Positions 59,301-64,000 of a DNA stretch of 64,000 nucleotides are shown here, in pieces. This stretch comes from the human T2T-CHM13v2.0 reference genome, Homo sapiens. The translations under genes and the position numbers were made by a program. The notes beneath the pieces were generated by a model, which worked only from the letters and a program-made list of their open reading frames with translations, was not told the DNA's origin and did no database searches. The stretch is from NCBI RefSeq assembly GCF_009914755.1, contig NC_060932.1. One strand, written 5' to 3'. Numbering within the stretch: the stretch's first letter is position 1; each line of letters begins with the position of its first letter.

Positions 59301-59527
59301 GAGGGCGCCGGAGTCGGGTGCGCGGGGGGCGCGCGCCGTGGGGAGCGGGGTGTCCGGGAGGGCCGGGCCGCGGCAGCACCAAGGACAGCGCCGGGTGGGG
59401 GCGGGGCCGAGCGCGCAGGCGCACTAGGCTGCCGCGAGCGCGGGTGGCGCGGGCTTTCCGGGGCGTGGAGTCCCGGGGGAGCGGGGCGAGAGGCGCCCGC
59501 GGCCTCCCGCCTTTCCCTTGGCCCCGC

Positions 59528-61106
59528 TCAGGGCGACCGAGCCGCGAGCAGCAGCGGGGCCAGGTCCATGGTGAGGGCGAGGCGGCGGCCCTGCCAGCGC
59601 ACGTGCGAGGGCAGCGCAGGCGCGCCGGGCCCGTACTCGAAGCAGGCGCTGAGCTCGAAGGCCAGGGCGGAGCGCACCAGGCCCACGCCGCCCGCACGCT
59701 CTGGCGCCGGGTGGTACAGGCGCCCGTTGGCGGCCAGGGGCAGCAGGCGCGCCGGCTCGAAGGGCACGGCCAGGGCCTCGCCACCGCCGCAGTAGGAGAG
59801 GCGCGGAGGCCCGTGGTCCGCGGTCAGCAGGTGCGTGAAGACCACCGGCCGGTCCTCGCAGCGCAGGAAGTTGCGCTCTCTGCCGCAGGGCGAGAGGAAG
59901 GGGAAAGCGGCCTCGTAGCGCCCGCTGCGGTTGGGTCTCAGGCGGGAGAAGAAGGTGACCAGGAACTGCGGGTCTGGGGGATGAAGGGTGCGTGTACTCA
60001 GCGCGCTGGGCTCCCAAGGCCTCCGGGCCCAGGACCATACCGAGGGCAGGCGCCGACGGTAAGAGGTTCGCCTGGCCTCACTCAGCGGGGCTCCTGAGCG
60101 CAGGACGCCCACTCCTTGGTGCGCTGGGCCCGTCGGCAGAGTCGGGGAGCCCATCAGGGGCTGCCCGGAAGGGAGAAAGAAGGGGCTGGAGAGGGAGGCA
60201 CAGCATTACCTTTGAAGCAGGTGATGAAATTCTTCATTTTGGAATCATCCAGGAAAAGCTGCAGATAGAGGGCCAGGCCGTGATAAGTCCCAGCGTGCAG
60301 GTGGGGGCGGGGAAGCTCAGGAGGTCCTGAAGCTCGGGAGGTCCTGAACCGGCCCGAGCCCACTTTTCCTGCTTGTCTGTGCACACCGCATGCAGGGAGG
60401 CGCGTGAAAGGTAAACCTGGGGGCCCCGCCGACTTATCCGCGTCTATGCGCACCTCTGCTCCCTGGTCAGCCAATTCTTTCCCGCACCTTTTCCCTCTTT
60501 TCAAGTTTGTAATCAGTTGTACCACCTCCTCCGCGGAGACTACCTGGCCTGCTGCCTCCCGGACATGCAGCTGCCTTTTGACAGGGCTTCCAAAAAAAGG
60601 CAGGGCGGCCCGGGTGTCTCCCTGGCAGCGGCGAGAAGTCAGCGCCGGGGCTGGGGACTTGTAGGACAGAGTCCGAAGCTGCACAACGCAGCAGGGACGC
60701 GGCCCATGTAGGAGCCTCGGCCCGGACCGACCCAACTCCCCGTCTTTCCAGCGCGCTCTCCTCCAGCTCTGAGGAGTCGAGGTTGCCCACCGCGCAGGCC
60801 CCGCCCACCCACCCACCCCCTGGAACGTCCCTCCGGCCCCGCCCCTCGAGCAATGGTCCCGCCCACAGAGCCACGCCCCCCCCCCCCCCCGCCCCGCCCA
60901 GAGACCTCTCCCGGCCCCGCCTCTCGAGCAACGGCCCTGCCCCCGCCCACCTGGCCCTGGTGGTCCACGTAGTAGAAATACTCGCGGGTCCGCGGCTCCG
61001 GACTCTGGCCCTGCGTGTAGGAAACGCCCCCATCCCCGCTGCAGGCCCGGGCTCCCCGCGACCGCGCCAAGGCCAGGGTCCGGAGCGTCCCGCAAGGCGG
61101 CCACAT
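59528..61106 (-). CDS. C8orf82: C8orf82 (UPF0598/DUF4505 family), 216 aa
   Basis: Exons 61106-60951, 60258-60210, 59973-59528 total 651 nt. Conserved-looking REYFYYVDHQGQLFLDDSKMKNFITCFKD and FPFLSPCGRERNFLRCEDRPVVF. Confidence 0.92.
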
Positions 61107-61384
61107 TCTCCTCCCGCGCCGGAAGCGACCAGCAGGTCACGCCGGGGGCGGTGCTGCGCGAACTCGCGCCTGCCCGCAGTAGCCCCGCGCTTCGCGTTCC
61201 GGCGGCGCCCGCCTCCGCGACCCGGGCCCGGCGCTCTTCCCTCTCCCTCGGGCCTCGGGGGCTCGCCCGCCCTGGCCTTCCGAGAGGCGTGTGCCGGTGA
61301 CGCCCCTTCCGGTCCGCCCCGCGTCTCTTCCCGCCCCCGGCCGCGCCCACAAGGAACGGGAGGACGCGCAGGGTCCATGTGCAC

Positions 61385-61390
61385 TTTATT
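61385..61390 (-). terminator. AATAAA poly(A) signal for ARHGAP39 (alternative ATTAAA at 61518-61523)
   Basis: TTTATT on the + strand, ~1.2 kb downstream of the ARHGAP39 stop, after an AU-rich 3'UTR block. Confidence 0.65.
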
Positions 61391-62447
61391 CACTCGTGTC
61401 GTCGCCTCTCGGGTCCATGCGTCGGGGCGAGCGTCTCAGCCGGGCGGGACCGCAAAGGCCCCGGGACCACCCGACTGAGGACGCCGCCCAGGCCTCGGCA
61501 GGGCTGGGGCTTTTGTTTTTAATAAATAAAAACGGAACTCTAAAAAATATATATATAAAAACTGGGGAGAAATTAAGTTTTACAACAATTGGAACTCAAA
61601 ATTCCAAAATGGAAAATGTACAAACTCGGTCCCCCAGCAGCTCTGGCCCCGAGAACGGACAGTCCCGGGCCCGGCGCCTTCCCGCTCGCTCGTCTCCTGC
61701 AGGTCTGGGATGGGGATGGGGTAGAGCTTGGTTTTTGGTCAGAAGCCAAGAAAAAAGATCGGAGAAGAAAAGAAGGAATGACCTCAACTTGCTCTGCACG
61801 GAGGACGGGGACGGCTCAGAGATAAATAGCATTTAGGTTAAAACTATGTCATTAGCAAATTTAGTTCTTATATCTTTCCCTCTATTTATATCTCTATACA
61901 CGGTGGGCTGCGATGCAGGATAGATTCTGGATTTACAGTTACACGAAGAAAAAAATACTCTCGCCCCTCCCCCACCCTGCCCCCAGAATGCCTGCCCAGC
62001 CCTGCTCCCTACCCCAGAGGACTTTGGTTTGGGGGCCCCCACCCCACCCACCGAGAGCCTGCCAGGCCCCGGGCCCACTGTCCTGGAGCCCCCAAACTCC
62101 TGAGCAGTCACCAGCTGGGGACCACGGGCCGAGGGAGGGAGAGGAGGCGGGGACAGGTCGGGAAGCTCTCTCGGGGCTGGGAAGAGCTGCAGGCCAGGAC
62201 GAGGACAGGAGAAAGGGAAGGAGAGACCGGGGCGGCTGGGCAAGGCCCAGGCCAGGGCGCGCAGGAGCCACAGGGAGGCAGCCCGGCCCCAAGGAGGCAG
62301 CGTCGCTCGGCTCCAGGACACAGAAGGCACTTTCTCGGAGCTGACCCGCGGCCAGCGGAGGGCGAGACGGTGCCCGCGGGAACTGGCCGTGAGGTGGGGG
62401 GCCAGAGGCGCCCTCCCCGCCGCTGCTGTGCCCTGGCTGCACCCTCA

Positions 62448-63239
<792 letters not shown>

Positions 63240-63364
63240 CTAGGGGCCTGAACTTGATCCTGGAGGCATGTGGGTCACGCCAGCAGAGTTGTGCAAAACA
63301 GGATTTTTCTCAGGAGTCGTCTGTGTAGCCACCGTGAGGGGGTGTCTGCAGAGCAGGCACAGCT

Positions 63365-64000
63365 GAAGGGCACAGGGCAGAGAGCAGCAGGTGGGGAGTG
63401 GGCTAGACATAGCAGGCACGGCAGAAGGGCAGCGAGCAGCAGGTGGGGAGTGGGCTAGACATAGCAGGCACGGCAGAAGGGCACAGGGCAGGGAGCAGCA
63501 GGTGGGGAGTGGGCTAGACATAGCAGGCACGGCAGAAGGGCACAGGGCAGCGAGCAGCAGGTGGGGAGTGGGCTAGACATAGCAGGCACGGCAGAAGGGC
63601 AGCGAGCAGCAGGTGGGGAGTGGGCTAGACATAGCAGGCACGGCAGAAGGGCACAGGGCAGCGAGCAGCAGGTGGGGAGTGGGCTAGACATAGCAGGCAC
63701 GGCAGAAGGGCACAGGGCAGGGAGCAGCAGGTGGGGAGTGGGCTAGACATAGCAGGCACGGCAGAAGGGCACAGGGCAGCGAGCAGCAGGTGGGGAGTGG
63801 GCTAGACATAGCAGGCACGGCAGAAGGGCACAGGGCAGGGAGCAGCAGGTGGGGAGTGGGCTAGACATAGCAGGCACGGCAGAAGGGCACAGGGCAGGGA
63901 GCAGCAGGTGGGGAGTGGGCTAGACATAGCAGGCACGGCAGAAGGGCACAGGGCAGGGAGCAGCAGGTGGGGAGTGGGCTAGACATAGCAGGCACGGCAG
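63365..64000. repeat. 59-bp minisatellite (with 52-bp variants), at least 10 copies, running off the window end, in an ARHGAP39 intron
   Basis: Unit GAAGGGCACAGGGCAG(G/C)GAGCAGCAGGTGGGGAGTGGGCTAGACATAGCAGGCACGGCA; some units lack 7 nt (ACAGGGC). Confidence 0.96.

Noticed and set aside
63365-64000. CRISPR-like appearance of the tandem arrays (also 37254-37505, 45490-46066, 19882-20094)
   Set aside because: The units are contiguous with no unique spacers, there are no cas genes, and the context is human introns. They are minisatellites.

Overview
This is human (or very close hominid) genomic DNA from the GC-rich, gene-dense distal 8q24.3 region. Gene order: 3' part of KIFC2 (+), FOXH1 (-), PPP1R16A/MYPT3 (+), GPT/ALT1 (+), MFSD3 (+), RECQL4 (-), LRRC14 (+), LRRC24 (-), C8orf82 (-) and the last exons of ARHGAP39 (-). 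I assembled exons by hand from GT-AG boundaries. All eight complete CDSs give intact frames of the lengths I recall (365, 528, 496, 412, 1208, 493, 513, 216 aa), so I see no frameshift or foreign insertion. The 8.7-27.5 kb part is dense in Alu/L1/L2/MIR; the rest is almost transposon-free, with many tiny introns and overlapping transcription units. I found no new gene family, CRISPR array or prokaryote-like system. The most interesting unexplained structure: (1) intronic tandem repeats that carry copies of splice sites (in-frame duplicated donors in GPT intron 5, in-frame cryptic acceptors in the RECQL4 intron-12 minisatellite, a duplicated donor in the last RECQL4 intron); (2) a perfect ERSE/UPRE composite in an orphan CpG island in the LRRC14/LRRC24 overlap, with a near-twin in the RECQL4/LRRC14 promoter; (3) a triplicated ZNF143-site module upstream of MFSD3. 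All functional interpretations of these are inference and need RNA or ChIP data.
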